A stretch of 32,000 bases of DNA from Ktedonobacterales bacterium (GCA_030167145.1 CP126532.1:4830001-4862000); one strand, 5' to 3'. Counted from the stretch's first letter, positions 9,529 to 19,329 are shown. Notes: a model not told the origin generated them from the sequence alone. Numbers and translations: made by a program.

Positions 9529-10167
9529 CTAGTGCTCACGTGCGGACGCGCCCAACGCCCGACGGGCAATGCCAATGAGTGTGGGTGAGGCGGCGCGCTC
9601 ATCGCGTATCCAAAGGTGTACCACATGAAAGAGCCTGACATAGGTCAGCGTGATGACTGGTTGGAATCCAGCGGTGGCGAAACCCCGGATTGATGGTTGA
9701 TTCTGAAGCGATGCGCCAATCCACAGGCGATGGGTACCTTCATCGCGCACGGTGGCGGCGATGTGGCACAGCAGTGCGCTGTACAGACCCCGGCGACGGA
9801 ATGGCGGCAAGGTCGCGCAATCCCAGATATAGGCTTCGTCGCGTGAGAGACGAATTGGCCGTTCTAACTCGCCGATGCACTCCACGCCCCACGATACCCA
9901 TCCATAAGTGGCAATTGTGCCATCGAGCCATCCCGCGAAGCAGCGGCGACTGCCATCGAAACGCTTCAGTACCAGCGCGGGATCGGCGTATCCTATAGCT
10001 GCCGCGAGTCTTTCCACATCATCGCGATGTACTTCGGCAAAGTTGGCCGTGGCCTGTGGCGAGACCGCCGCAACAGATGCGCCCTCAGCACCTGAGCGGT
10101 CGCGGTCAGTAAAATCCATAGCCCACAAAGCGCCACGCTCAAATGCCCATGGGTGCTTAAGATGCAT
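9529..10167 (-). CDS. GNAT-family N-acetyltransferase
   Basis: 212 aa. Acetyl-CoA motif A PPFRRRGLYSALL. Confidence 0.75.
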   Translation of the reverse strand: MHLKHPWAFERGALWAMDFTDRDRSGAEGASVAAVSPQATANFAEVHRDDVERLAAAIGYADPALVLKRFDGSRRCFAGWLDGTIATYGWVSWGVECIGELERPIRLSRDEAYIWDCATLPPFRRRGLYSALLCHIAATVRDEGTHRLWIGASLQNQPSIRGFATAGFQPVITLTYVRLFHVVHLWIRDERAASPTLIGIARRALGASAREH

Positions 10168-10274
10168 GGCTCACGATCCTTGGTGCATTGAAAGCGTCGT
10201 TGGTGCGTCGTTGGTTGGCTGGCCGCTGTGCAGGGTGGCACGCACAAAGTGTCGCCCTGCACAGCGCATGCGTG

Positions 10275-10853
10275 TCAGCGTGCTGGTTCTTTTATACGGG
10301 TTGGTTCGATAGACGCCCTGCGCCTGCTCAGCTCGGTAAGCGCCTCCGCTAGATGCTCGTCCGAGACGTTGTAAGCGCCCGCGGCTACACGTATCCGGTG
10401 CGCGGTGCTGAGCACATCTGCGACCGTACAACCTTCCGGTGGGACGAACTTGTAGCACGCCATTTCGAGCAACTGTCCGTTGGGGTCGCGGAAGTAGATG
10501 GAGTCCATGAACCCGCGATCAATGGGGCCGGTGTTCTCGATGCCTCGCTCCGCCAGCCGTGCCGCGACCTGCGTATAGACGGCGTGTGAGACGGTGAAAG
10601 CGACGTGATGCAAGTTGCCAATTCCCTGCGGATTCGGTGCCGGCTCGTTGACGCGCGTCGGGCGGACGAAAAACGTAATCAGGCGCCCATCGCCCGCATC
10701 GAAGTACAGATGCTCCTCGTCGGGCACATCCAGATTGGGCTGATCGAGCACCAGAGGCATACCGAGCACATCCTGGTAGAATGCAATCGTCGCCTCCCGA
10801 TTGGAGCCAACGAACGTGAGATGATGGACGCCCTGTGTCTGAATTGTGGTCAT
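10275..10853 (-). CDS. VOC (glyoxalase/bleomycin-resistance/extradiol dioxygenase) family protein, ring-cleaving-dioxygenase-like
   Basis: 192 aa. The N-terminus GVHHLTFVGSNREATIAFYQDVLGMPLV...HLYF resembles hydroquinone-type ring-cleaving dioxygenases. Confidence 0.8.
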   Translation of the reverse strand: MTTIQTQGVHHLTFVGSNREATIAFYQDVLGMPLVLDQPNLDVPDEEHLYFDAGDGRLITFFVRPTRVNEPAPNPQGIGNLHHVAFTVSHAVYTQVAARLAERGIENTGPIDRGFMDSIYFRDPNGQLLEMACYKFVPPEGCTVADVLSTAHRIRVAAGAYNVSDEHLAEALTELSRRRASIEPTRIKEPAR

Positions 10854-10909
10854 GCTCGTATCTCCTGGCGTCAGTGTGAACGAGGCCGTCGCGCGAGTAG
10901 CACGGCAGC

Positions 10910-11731
10910 TTATATCCTGAAGAACAAATGTTGCACCTTCTCGATCACCTGCGGGTCGCCGCTGGCCTCACCGCCCTCGATGCGCCCAAAGGTGGTGAGC
11001 ACAAACTCAGATGCGTCGCGGTAGTGGATCACGGTTTGGAGATTCGCGACATCATCTACTGATATGTATGTGAACTGGCCGTCTTTCACCTGCACACGCC
11101 ACTTGCCGCCCCACTCACCATCCACGACGATGCCGTACTCCACATCAACGCCCTTGGCAGAGTCTTGGTCCACGGTTGATTGCATCAGGATGAACATGTA
11201 GGGGACGAGCACGCCCGCCGTTCGCTCGTCCAGAATCGCAGTCTTCTCACCCAGACCCCAGCGCATGTCCCAGGAGTGGACGCCGTAATCCATGACCTGG
11301 AAGGCGGGGTAGAAGAACAGCGGCAGCGGACCCATGAAGACGTGAGTGACATTGAAACTGCCCCATTGTTCGGGCGTCAACTGGTCAAAGAGGGTGAGAA
11401 GCCGGTCAGACGAAGCCTTGAGCCTGCTTATGACCTCTTCGCGTGGAAGATTACGAAACGTGAGAGCGACGCGATCCAACTCTGAGGCCATGACGAGCAG
11501 TCCCAGCGTGGGGGCTGGTTCGCCCCGGCGGGCCATGTCCCAGCGGGTCAGATAGCCTTCAGTCACGTCAATCATGTGGCCGGCCAAATCGCGTTCCTGC
11601 CAGTGGCCACTGCGGGTTGGCGCCTCCCAGTTGTCGGGGTTGTCAATCAGCGAATAGAACCTGCCACGCTCATTGCGCACGACATCGAGCACGAGATCTT
11701 TCGCACTGTAGTCCATCGAATTGATTGCCAC
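10910..11731 (-). CDS. DinB-like / mycothiol-maleylpyruvate-isomerase N-terminal-domain family protein
   Basis: WQERDLAGHMIDVTEGYL is a DinB/MDMPI_N-type metal-binding helix. I prefer the GTG start at 11731, 6 nt after GGGAGG, over the track start at 11863. ATG 11716 is an alternative. Confidence 0.6.
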   Translation of the reverse strand: MAINSMDYSAKDLVLDVVRNERGRFYSLIDNPDNWEAPTRSGHWQERDLAGHMIDVTEGYLTRWDMARRGEPAPTLGLLVMASELDRVALTFRNLPREEVISRLKASSDRLLTLFDQLTPEQWGSFNVTHVFMGPLPLFFYPAFQVMDYGVHSWDMRWGLGEKTAILDERTAGVLVPYMFILMQSTVDQDSAKGVDVEYGIVVDGEWGGKWRVQVKDGQFTYISVDDVANLQTVIHYRDASEFVLTTFGRIEGGEASGDPQVIEKVQHLFFRI

Positions 11732-11917
11732 GAGCTGCCTCCCTTGTTGAAATGGAGCCTCATCTTGCGTTGGCGTCTTGCCTGTAAGCGCCTCGGCCTT
11801 GCCTTTTGCCACCGGGATGCCATAGCGCGAAGGGATTGTAGACACACGGTTGCCGATACGCACTACTGGTTCGCGCTACGGACAAGCGCTACAGACAATC
11901 ACCCGATGATCTGGGAG

Positions 11918-13072
11918 CTACCAGGCTTGTCGCAACAACTTTTCCATCTGCGCCACATCGCCGATGGCTTTTGGATTATTCTGTACCGTACGGCTGGCAA
12001 AGGCTAGCTGCGCCAGCGCTGGCAGATCTGCCTCGCGCACGCCAACGTCGCGCAATCGCTGTGGAAGGCGCATGTCACGTATCCAGTCGGCGATCTGCTG
12101 CGTAGCCGCAGTGGCGGCTGCTTCGGCGCTCTGCCCCGCAAGCGGAATGCCCATCGCCTCAGCGGCTTGCGCCAGTTGCGGCGCGGTTGCATCCAGATTG
12201 AATCGCATCACATGGGGCAACATCACACCATTCGCGTCGCCGTGCGCGACACCCGCCGTGCCACCCAGGACATGACAGATACCATGATGCAGACCCATCG
12301 CCACGTTGGCGAGCGCAGTTCCGGCCAAAAATGCGCCCGTAAGCATCTCCGTGCGTGCCTCCAGGTCATCGCCGGCGACGTAGCAGCACGGCAGCGCTTG
12401 TGCCATGGCACGCAGCCCACCGAGCGCGGCAGCCGACGAGAGCGGATTGCGTGTGATGGAATACAAGGCTTCGATACAGTGCGCCACCGCGTTGATCCCC
12501 GTGCTGGCGGTCATAAGCGGTGGCAGGTCCAGAGTGAGCAGCGGATCGTAGATGGTGAGCCGGGGTGTGACTCTGGCATCCGTCACAGTGACTTTGTGCG
12601 CTACGCCATCTACGTGCCGTGTGACGCCAAATACCGGCGTCATCTCCGACCCAGCATACGTGGTCGGAATGGCGACAATAGGTATCAGTGGCCAGCCGGA
12701 CGCGGTTGCAGCGCGTGCGGTGGGTTCGCTCTGTTGCTCTGCCAACTCGAAGCTGACGGCTTTCGCCATGCCAATGGTGCTGCCGCCGCCAAGGCCGATC
12801 AGGGCGTCTACTTGATATTCGGCGGCCAGCGTGAGCGCTTCGGCAACCTGTGTATCTTGCACATGCGGGCGGACGCTTTCATAGCTCGCCACAAGTCGCT
12901 CGCCCAGTGCATCCTCGACTGCTGTAACATGTCCTCGCGAGCGGGCGTGCGCCGTGGTGCAGAGCATGATCCGATGCCCCCCAAAACGCTCGCTAGCCTC
13001 GCGGAGTTTGGTGATAGACCCAGGACCGAAGATCACCTCTTGGGCATAGAAGGTGTAGCGAAATGCGCTCAT
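11918..13072 (-). CDS. Maleylacetate reductase / iron-containing alcohol dehydrogenase family
   Basis: 384 aa. Contains YQVDALIGLGGGSTIGMAKAV and His-rich metal-site motifs (HCIEALYS, GLHHGICHVLGG). Confidence 0.85.
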   Translation of the reverse strand: MSAFRYTFYAQEVIFGPGSITKLREASERFGGHRIMLCTTAHARSRGHVTAVEDALGERLVASYESVRPHVQDTQVAEALTLAAEYQVDALIGLGGGSTIGMAKAVSFELAEQQSEPTARAATASGWPLIPIVAIPTTYAGSEMTPVFGVTRHVDGVAHKVTVTDARVTPRLTIYDPLLTLDLPPLMTASTGINAVAHCIEALYSITRNPLSSAAALGGLRAMAQALPCCYVAGDDLEARTEMLTGAFLAGTALANVAMGLHHGICHVLGGTAGVAHGDANGVMLPHVMRFNLDATAPQLAQAAEAMGIPLAGQSAEAAATAATQQIADWIRDMRLPQRLRDVGVREADLPALAQLAFASRTVQNNPKAIGDVAQMEKLLRQAW

Positions 13073-13232
13073 CTGCGTGCCTCATCGCAAGACCAAGATA
13101 AGCTGGCGACCAGCGTGTATAGCGCACAGCCAATACGCACCTTCATATTTATGCATAAACTTAGAGTCACGTCCAATCTGCTATGGAGCATTCAGCGTTG
13201 TGCGCGAGCATGTTGCGTTGTGCAGAGTCAGC

Positions 13233-14039
13233 TTATTGTGTCTCTCGCAAGTCACTGTGCCTGGTTGACTCCCACTGGCGTGGACGCTGAGTGAATGCCT
13301 TTGCCCCCTGCGTTCCTTCGCTGGCGAAGGCGCCGATTCCCCGACGAAACTCCTGTTCCAACGCCGCATCGAACGGCAGATCGGCCTCGAGATAGGCCGA
13401 CTGGCGGTCCGCACGCAAACACTCCTGAGGCCATACCGCTAGCTCTGCCGCGAGTTGTTCGGCTACGGCGCTTGCATGTCCAGACGGTGCGACACGGTTC
13501 GCCAGACCAATCGCGAGCGCTTCCTCAGCGCCTACCGGACGACCAGTGAGAATCAAGTCGAGCGCACGACTCAACCCAATCAGCCGAGGCAGACGCACCG
13601 TGCCTCCGTCAATTAGCGGCACACCCCAGCGCCGACAGAACACGCCGAGGGTAGCGTCAACCTCCATCACGCGCAGATCGCACCAGAGCGCCAGTTCGAG
13701 ACCACCAGCCACAGCATAGCCAGAAATTGCGGCGATGACGGGCTTGCTGAGCTGAAGACGGGTCGGCCCCATCGGGCCATCACCATCCGGCTCAGTCCGG
13801 TTCGGCTCGCCGTGGGCGATAGCATGTAAGTCAGCCCCTGCGCAGAAATGGCCGCCCTCACCCCAGAGGACGGCGGCTGAAGCGGTTGCATCAGCATCGA
13901 AGGCACGGAAAGCGTCCGCCAGATCTGTGGCGGTCTGGCGGTCCACAGCGTTACGCACCTGGGGACGGCTGAGGATAATCGTCGTGACCGGCCCAACCCG
14001 CGCGATCCGCACGGATTGGCTCGACAATGAATCGGACAT
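13233..14039 (-). CDS. Enoyl-CoA hydratase/isomerase (crotonase) family
   Basis: The ATG at 14039 (MSDSLSSQSVRIARVGPVTTIILSRPQVRNAVD) is preceded by AGAGGAG. Oxyanion-hole motif FCAGADL. The 137 codons upstream in the track ORF look non-coding. Confidence 0.85.
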   Translation of the reverse strand: MSDSLSSQSVRIARVGPVTTIILSRPQVRNAVDRQTATDLADAFRAFDADATASAAVLWGEGGHFCAGADLHAIAHGEPNRTEPDGDGPMGPTRLQLSKPVIAAISGYAVAGGLELALWCDLRVMEVDATLGVFCRRWGVPLIDGGTVRLPRLIGLSRALDLILTGRPVGAEEALAIGLANRVAPSGHASAVAEQLAAELAVWPQECLRADRQSAYLEADLPFDAALEQEFRRGIGAFASEGTQGAKAFTQRPRQWESTRHSDLRETQ

Positions 14040-14384
14040 TGATGTCAGGCTCCTCTCTTCCCCCTGCTTTCGCCACCTTCGGACCACACATAATCGGACG
14101 GTGGTCGGCGCGGTGCCCGTGTCACACTGTAGCACACAAGGTTTGCGTGGCGCGTATCGCATAGCATGCGCCCACGCATGTGGTCTCACGGGCAGCGCAG
14201 AATTGGCAATGGGGTGGCGATGTGACTGTGAACGCGATACCCAGGCGCCGGAATCCACGTGCTGCTGGCACAGCCTTTGCGCGACGTCTTCTGGCAATAC
14301 GACATACCGCGAATGATGGAGGATATGCCGCGCGGTCATGTTGTGCGCTGGCTGGTACACCCCATTGTGCCAAGGAGCGCTACG

Positions 14385-14747
14385 ATGCGTCCCACAATTG
14401 ATCAGACAACCTTTGGTTCGATTACAATTGCCGGTCAGCTCTTCGCGCATGATGTGCTGATCCGCCCCGATGGACAGGTGACGAAACGCAAAAAGAAGCT
14501 TTCTAAAGCCGTGTACGGCACATCACATATCCTTTCGTTGGCCGAAGCTAAGCAAGTCTATGCTACAGGTTCGGAGCGGCTCATCATTGGCAGTGGGCAA
14601 GAAGGCAATGTGCGGCTGTCAGAAGAGGCGGAGGCATACTTCAAGCATAAACATTGCCGGGTACGGGTGCAGCCGACACCCAAGGCGATTCAGACATGGA
14701 ACACAGCAGAGGGCGCGGTGATTGGCCTATTTCATGTCACCTGTTGA
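14385..14747 (+). CDS. Mth938-domain (DUF498-like) protein
   Basis: The ATG at 14385 lies 7 nt after AAGGAG. FGSITIAGQLFAHDVLIRPDGQV...LIIGSGQEGNVRLSEEA...AVIGLFHVTC matches the Mth938 pattern as I remember it. Confidence 0.6.
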   Translation: MRPTIDQTTFGSITIAGQLFAHDVLIRPDGQVTKRKKKLSKAVYGTSHILSLAEAKQVYATGSERLIIGSGQEGNVRLSEEAEAYFKHKHCRVRVQPTPKAIQTWNTAEGAVIGLFHVTC

Positions 14748-15007
14748 GTGCGTACTACCGCCGGATCATCGCTGATCACGTGCCGTTGCTCAAATGGTCA
14801 TCTGTGCGCTTCCTCACTGCGTTTTTGGAGGGCAACCAAGCAGGCGTTGCGTGAGCTAGAGTGACCGACGCACTGAGCTGGTTCATGCGGTTATGGTCCG
14901 ATTATGCGGATGCTCCGGTTGGCGTCGCCTGACAAAGAAGCCTATGGTAGGGTGAGATTATCGAAGCTTCATGCAATATCTCTGAGTAGAGAAGGGAGCA
15001 GTGCAGG

Positions 15008-15640
15008 ATGTGTGGCCGATATGAACTCATTGATGGACAACGAGTATTTCTGCGCTTCAACATCACCACCACGGCGCCACTGTTACGCGATGGTGTGCCG
15101 GATAATCTAGATGTGCGGCCAAGTCAACAAGTGGCCGCCGTGGTCGGCGATCAGGTGCTGCGGCTGATGCAGTGGGGGCTGGTGCCATTCTGGGCCAAGG
15201 ATGCGACGATTGGACACAAGCTCATTAACGCACGCGCGGAAGGCATCGCCGAGAAGCCATCATTCAAACGCCCGTTGCGGTCGCAGCGCTGCATCCTGCC
15301 AGCGTCGGCATTCTTCGAGTGGCGGGCGGCGCCAGGGGCAAAGACAAAGACCAAGTATCGCATTGGCCGCCGAGACGGAGAGTTGTTCGGGTTGGCGGGC
15401 CTCTATGACACCTGGACAAGCGCGAAGAACGGGGCGGATGCGGCTACCACGCTGACGACGTGTACGATCATCACCACAACGCCGAACGCGGTGGTAGCGC
15501 CGATCCATGACCGCATGCCAGTGATCCTGCGGCCAGAGGACGAGGCCGATTGGCTGAACCCTGACCTGAGCGAGCCAGAAGAGATTGTCACCTTTCTGCG
15601 CCCGTATCCTGAGGAATGGTTGGAAGCGCGGGTGGCCTGA
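15008..15640 (+). CDS. SOS-response-associated peptidase (SRAP/YedK family; abasic-site DNA-protein crosslinking)
   Basis: 210 aa. Begins MCGRY (catalytic Cys2). Contains WGLVPFWAKD and the INARAE...FEWR motifs. Confidence 0.9.
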   Translation: MCGRYELIDGQRVFLRFNITTTAPLLRDGVPDNLDVRPSQQVAAVVGDQVLRLMQWGLVPFWAKDATIGHKLINARAEGIAEKPSFKRPLRSQRCILPASAFFEWRAAPGAKTKTKYRIGRRDGELFGLAGLYDTWTSAKNGADAATTLTTCTIITTTPNAVVAPIHDRMPVILRPEDEADWLNPDLSEPEEIVTFLRPYPEEWLEARVA

Positions 15641-15649
15641 AGCGAGACG

Positions 15650-15682
15650 ACCGCCGTGAGCGAGTGCGCTGCTCACGGCGGT
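15650..15682. terminator. Perfect 12-bp stem hairpin between convergent genes
   Basis: ACCGCCGTGAGC / 9-nt loop / GCTCACGGCGGT, 10 nt after the SRAP stop. No U-tract follows. Confidence 0.4.
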
Positions 15683-15710
15683 GAACCTTGCATTGTCCGC
15701 CTCGTCAGGC

Positions 15711-15749
15711 AGGTCTCCTATCGGCAAACACGCGCCAGATAGGAGACCT
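15711..15749. terminator. Perfect 12-bp stem hairpin downstream of the minus-strand ABC-2 permease
   Basis: AGGTCTCCTATC / 15-nt loop / GATAGGAGACCT. No clear U-tract on either strand. Confidence 0.35.
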
Positions 15750-15771
15750 ACACAGCGATGAGACGACCTAT

Positions 15772-17421
15772 CTATCGCCCGATGTCTTTGCGTACAAACC
15801 GTGCCGAGGCCAGCGCCAGCGCCACTACTGTGATCGCCAGCACAAGCAGCATATCCCCTAGCGGCAAGCCATGCAGCAGCGGCGTACCGTAATAGTAGAA
15901 GGCGGACAGCCGTTGTACCCCCGCTGGCCAGTTTAGCTCTGGTCCAACAAACGTGATGAAGAACCAGATCACCAGCAAGAAACTCAAGAGGCCCGTATCC
16001 ACCGCGGCGCGCAGCCAGCCGGAGAATAGATAACCCAGCGCCGCCATCAGCAGCCCCAGCGGAATGATTGAGAGCGAAGCCGCAGCCAAGTTGCCCCCAT
16101 TGAGCGCCAGCCCGCTAGCCGCCGATGCCAACGTCGTCAACGCCAGTGTTACCATCGCAATGATCACCGTCGCCGTCGCCACTGCGGCGTATCGCGCCAG
16201 CACCACCGAGAGACGCGACTGCGGCGTCGCCAGCACCAGCTCTTGCAGGCCGTCTTCTTCATCGGCGGCCCAGCGCCCCGCCTGGGTGACGGCAAAGGCC
16301 ATCAACAGCACCGGCAAGAAGACGAAGAAGAAACTCAGCAGCGTGGCGTTGGTGTTCACATCTCCCCCGCCCACCTTGGTCAGCAGGTCTTTCAGCAGCG
16401 GCGAGCCTTCGTAGAGGGTTCTCAGTTTTTGCTCTGTTTGCTGAACGATGAAGATCATCCATGCCGAAAAGCCCGCGATAACTACCGTCCACCAGAACGT
16501 GGGAACCGCAATCGTCGCCAGACTGCGCGTATACACCGAGCGCAGCGACCAGGCATTCACCGGCAACGCCTGTTCTGGTCGCATCGCGCGTTTCGGCGGC
16601 TGTAGCCACTGTGGCAGCGCCACCGGCGCGCCCACATCGCGCCGCAGGAACAACCAGATCGCCGCCCCGCTCAATACTACGCTCAACGCTACCATCACCA
16701 GCATCGCGACAGGATTGCTGCCATAGCTCGGTATCAGCGGCTTGCTCAGGTTGTAGTAGTAAACCGGCGAAAGGCGTGAGATCCAATCGGTATCGGGAAT
16801 TACCCGATGGATCATATCCACCACGATGAAGAGCGCTAGCAATCCACCCGTAATGCCCGACGCCGTGCGCCGCTCCTGGGTGAATTGCGCGATGAGCAGC
16901 GCGATGCTCCCAAACACCCCGCAGATGAGCGCCAGATTCAGGCCAAACAGCAGAGACTCGCTCAAGGTAAACTCAGCATTTACCCGCGCGCCACCGGCAT
17001 ACGTCAGCAGCCCGATGAGCAGCGCCATCGCCAGCAGAGCCGTCCACATCGCCGCCAGTTTCTCCAGCACTACCAGCCCGCGTCCGCGCGGCTGCGAAAG
17101 CAGCATATCCAGCGAGCCACGCTCTTCCTCGCCACGCAGCATACGGCTGCCCACCAGTATCGGCCAGAGCGCCATCACCAAAATCGTAAAGCCATACTTC
17201 CAGGTGGCGTACCCGCCAGCGGTGTCAACCTTGATCGGCTCGGCGATCCACGCGAAGGAACCAGCCAGACTGACCAGTGACGCGCGCGCCTCCGGCGTCG
17301 CTATCACCGACGAGATGGCTGTCACCACTGCGTACATCAGCAAGCCCAGGCCGATGCCCCAGCCAAAAATGGCGATGCGAAAATCGCGCAGTGTTTTGAG
17401 ATAGACACTACCGAACCACAT
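15772..17421 (-). CDS. ABC-2-type exporter permease (large, ~12 TM)
   Basis: Highly hydrophobic ORF. I prefer the ATG at 17421 (MWFGSVYLKTLRDF), which overlaps the ATPase stop by 14 nt. The track start at 17463 is also possible. Confidence 0.75.
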   Translation of the reverse strand: MWFGSVYLKTLRDFRIAIFGWGIGLGLLMYAVVTAISSVIATPEARASLVSLAGSFAWIAEPIKVDTAGGYATWKYGFTILVMALWPILVGSRMLRGEEERGSLDMLLSQPRGRGLVVLEKLAAMWTALLAMALLIGLLTYAGGARVNAEFTLSESLLFGLNLALICGVFGSIALLIAQFTQERRTASGITGGLLALFIVVDMIHRVIPDTDWISRLSPVYYYNLSKPLIPSYGSNPVAMLVMVALSVVLSGAAIWLFLRRDVGAPVALPQWLQPPKRAMRPEQALPVNAWSLRSVYTRSLATIAVPTFWWTVVIAGFSAWMIFIVQQTEQKLRTLYEGSPLLKDLLTKVGGGDVNTNATLLSFFFVFLPVLLMAFAVTQAGRWAADEEDGLQELVLATPQSRLSVVLARYAAVATATVIIAMVTLALTTLASAASGLALNGGNLAAASLSIIPLGLLMAALGYLFSGWLRAAVDTGLLSFLLVIWFFITFVGPELNWPAGVQRLSAFYYYGTPLLHGLPLGDMLLVLAITVVALALASARFVRKDIGR

Positions 17422-18352
17422 GGCTCGCCTCCCTGGTAGTTTGCCCACCAGCCGCCGGGCCATCGCCCTCGTAGTAGCGCAGGAAGATTTCTTCCAGGCT
17501 GGGTTCCTGGCTGGTCAGCGTCACAATCGCATACCGCGCCGCCATCTTGATAACCATATCCACTCCGCCCGACACCGCCAGGCGCAGCGTATGCCCATCC
17601 GGCATGACTTCGACCTGCTCTACCCCTTGCAGATCCTTGAACGCCTCCACCGGCGCCGCCTCAGCAAAGGTAATCGTGACGTCATGGCGCTTGATGTCTT
17701 TTAGTTCCGTCACGCCGCCGACACGCACCAGACGCCCCTCGCGGATGATCGCCACGCGCGTGCAGGTCTGCTCCACCTCCGTCAGAATGTGCGACGAGAG
17801 GAAGACCGTGCGCCCCTCCTCACGCACTTCGGTAATCATGCGGTCAAACTCCTGCTGATTCAGTGGATCCAGGCCATTGGTTGGTTCGTCGAGAATCAGC
17901 AAACGTGGGCGGTGCATGAACGCTTGCACAATGCCGAGTTTGCGCTTATTGCCGCTGGAATACTGGCGAAACTTGCGAGTGGGATCGAAACCCAGCCGGT
18001 CAATCAACTGCTTCAGGTATGTCTGGTCAACCCCGCCGCGCAGATGTCCGAAGTATTCGAGTATCTGCCCGCCGGTCAGGTTCGGGTCCAGCGCCAGCTC
18101 GCCAGGCAGATAACCCACTATCCGCTTGATCTCTATCGACTGCTGCCATACATCCATTCCCGCGATACGCGCCATCCCCGCATCGGCCTTTAGCAGCGCC
18201 ATCAGCGTGCGGATCGTCGTCGTTTTGCCCGCGCCATTGGGGCCGAGGAAGCCAAAAACCTCACCTTCCTCTACCGCGAACGTCACGTCAATGATGCCGC
18301 GGCTGCTGCCGTAGCTTTTGGTCAGCCCCTGGGTCTCCAAAATCGCTGCCAT
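17408..18352 (-). CDS. ABC transporter ATP-binding protein (ABC-2/DrrA-like)
   Basis: 314 aa. Walker A GPNGAGKTT, signature YSSGNKRK, Walker B LLILDEPT. Confidence 0.9.
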   Translation of the reverse strand: MAAILETQGLTKSYGSSRGIIDVTFAVEEGEVFGFLGPNGAGKTTTIRTLMALLKADAGMARIAGMDVWQQSIEIKRIVGYLPGELALDPNLTGGQILEYFGHLRGGVDQTYLKQLIDRLGFDPTRKFRQYSSGNKRKLGIVQAFMHRPRLLILDEPTNGLDPLNQQEFDRMITEVREEGRTVFLSSHILTEVEQTCTRVAIIREGRLVRVGGVTELKDIKRHDVTITFAEAAPVEAFKDLQGVEQVEVMPDGHTLRLAVSGGVDMVIKMAARYAIVTLTSQEPSLEEIFLRYYEGDGPAAGGQTTREASHVVR

Positions 18353-18368
18353 GTTTTCAATGCCTCCC

Positions 18369-19127
18369 CTACTGAATGTGATCCTCGACTTCCCGGACTT
18401 TCTCCAGCCACTCCATCAAGTGCCGTTTGCCCACCGCACTATCGCTGGAGGACTGCTCTGGCTCTAGCCAGCGGCGAATCAGATCGCTGATCGGCTCGGT
18501 AAGCTCCTCCATAGAGGGTGTCTGCTCCATACCGAGAAGTTCAGGCGTGTTGATGATGCCAAGTTTCAGTGCGCTCGTCAGAAACACGATGACCGATGCC
18601 GGAAGATCTGCGCGGATCAGCTCCGCCTGCTGAAGCTGGACAATGTACGCCTCGTAATCACTGGTAAACCGGAGCAGCGTCGCTGGATCGAAAACGTCCC
18701 GTAGCCCCTGGTAAATATCCGTCTTGCCCTTCATGATCGCCGCCAGTAGCGGATTGGCAGCAGCAACAAGCATGGCATGTGTCCACAGACGATGCGGCAA
18801 TCCACCCTGTGGGTCTGCGGCAATGCGCTGCTGCACATCCGCGTTCGCCTGTTGCTGCGCACGAATGAGCGCGGCGCGAAAGAGCGCATTCTTATCCTTC
18901 CAATGCAAGTAGATCGTGCCCTTGGCCACACCCGCCTCACGCGCCACATCGTCAATCGTCGTTTTACGATAGCCCCAGCGCACCATGAGCGTAGCAACAG
19001 CATCCAGAATGCGCTCCTCGCGAAGCGTCCGCTCATCAGGTTGCTGTGGTGGCCCATCGCCTCTTGGCCTTTGATCGCTGGTGATGTCACTCATGCTGCT
19101 ACTTGTGGTCTTGCTACTGGTTGCCAT
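18369..19127 (-). CDS. TetR/AcrR-family transcriptional regulator
   Basis: HTH YRKTTIDDVAREAGVAKGTIYLHWKDKNALF. ATG at 19127 (MATSSK) after GAAGGGA; ATG 19094 is an alternative. The track ORF extended to 19415 would overlap the kinase gene. Confidence 0.85.
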   Translation of the reverse strand: MATSSKTTSSSMSDITSDQRPRGDGPPQQPDERTLREERILDAVATLMVRWGYRKTTIDDVAREAGVAKGTIYLHWKDKNALFRAALIRAQQQANADVQQRIAADPQGGLPHRLWTHAMLVAAANPLLAAIMKGKTDIYQGLRDVFDPATLLRFTSDYEAYIVQLQQAELIRADLPASVIVFLTSALKLGIINTPELLGMEQTPSMEELTEPISDLIRRWLEPEQSSSDSAVGKRHLMEWLEKVREVEDHIQ

Positions 19128-19329
19128 AGATCCCTTCGTTCCTTGTCGCGCACATGTGACTCGATGAACGATATGAACTGAATCAACGTTTCTGGTCATA
19201 CAGTAATCCGAAAGAAACCGAAAATCAAGAGTAAGATTTCCAGTGAGTCCGGCGGGTCGTTCCGGCTCGAAAGGGCCAGGCAAGTGACGCAGTATCGGCG
19301 CCCCTTGCGCGCCCTGACCGGTTACATCG

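Noticed and set aside
12167-13294. The 375-aa plus-strand ORF.
   Set aside because: It is antisense to the maleylacetate reductase gene. The composition is Arg/Cys/His-rich and there are no motifs.
14040-14450. The upstream 137 codons of track ORF 13233..14450.
   Set aside because: The crotonase fold starts at MSDSLSSQ (ATG 14039, with an SD). The extension is Arg/His/Cys-rich, with no family resemblance, and it overlaps the divergent promoter region.
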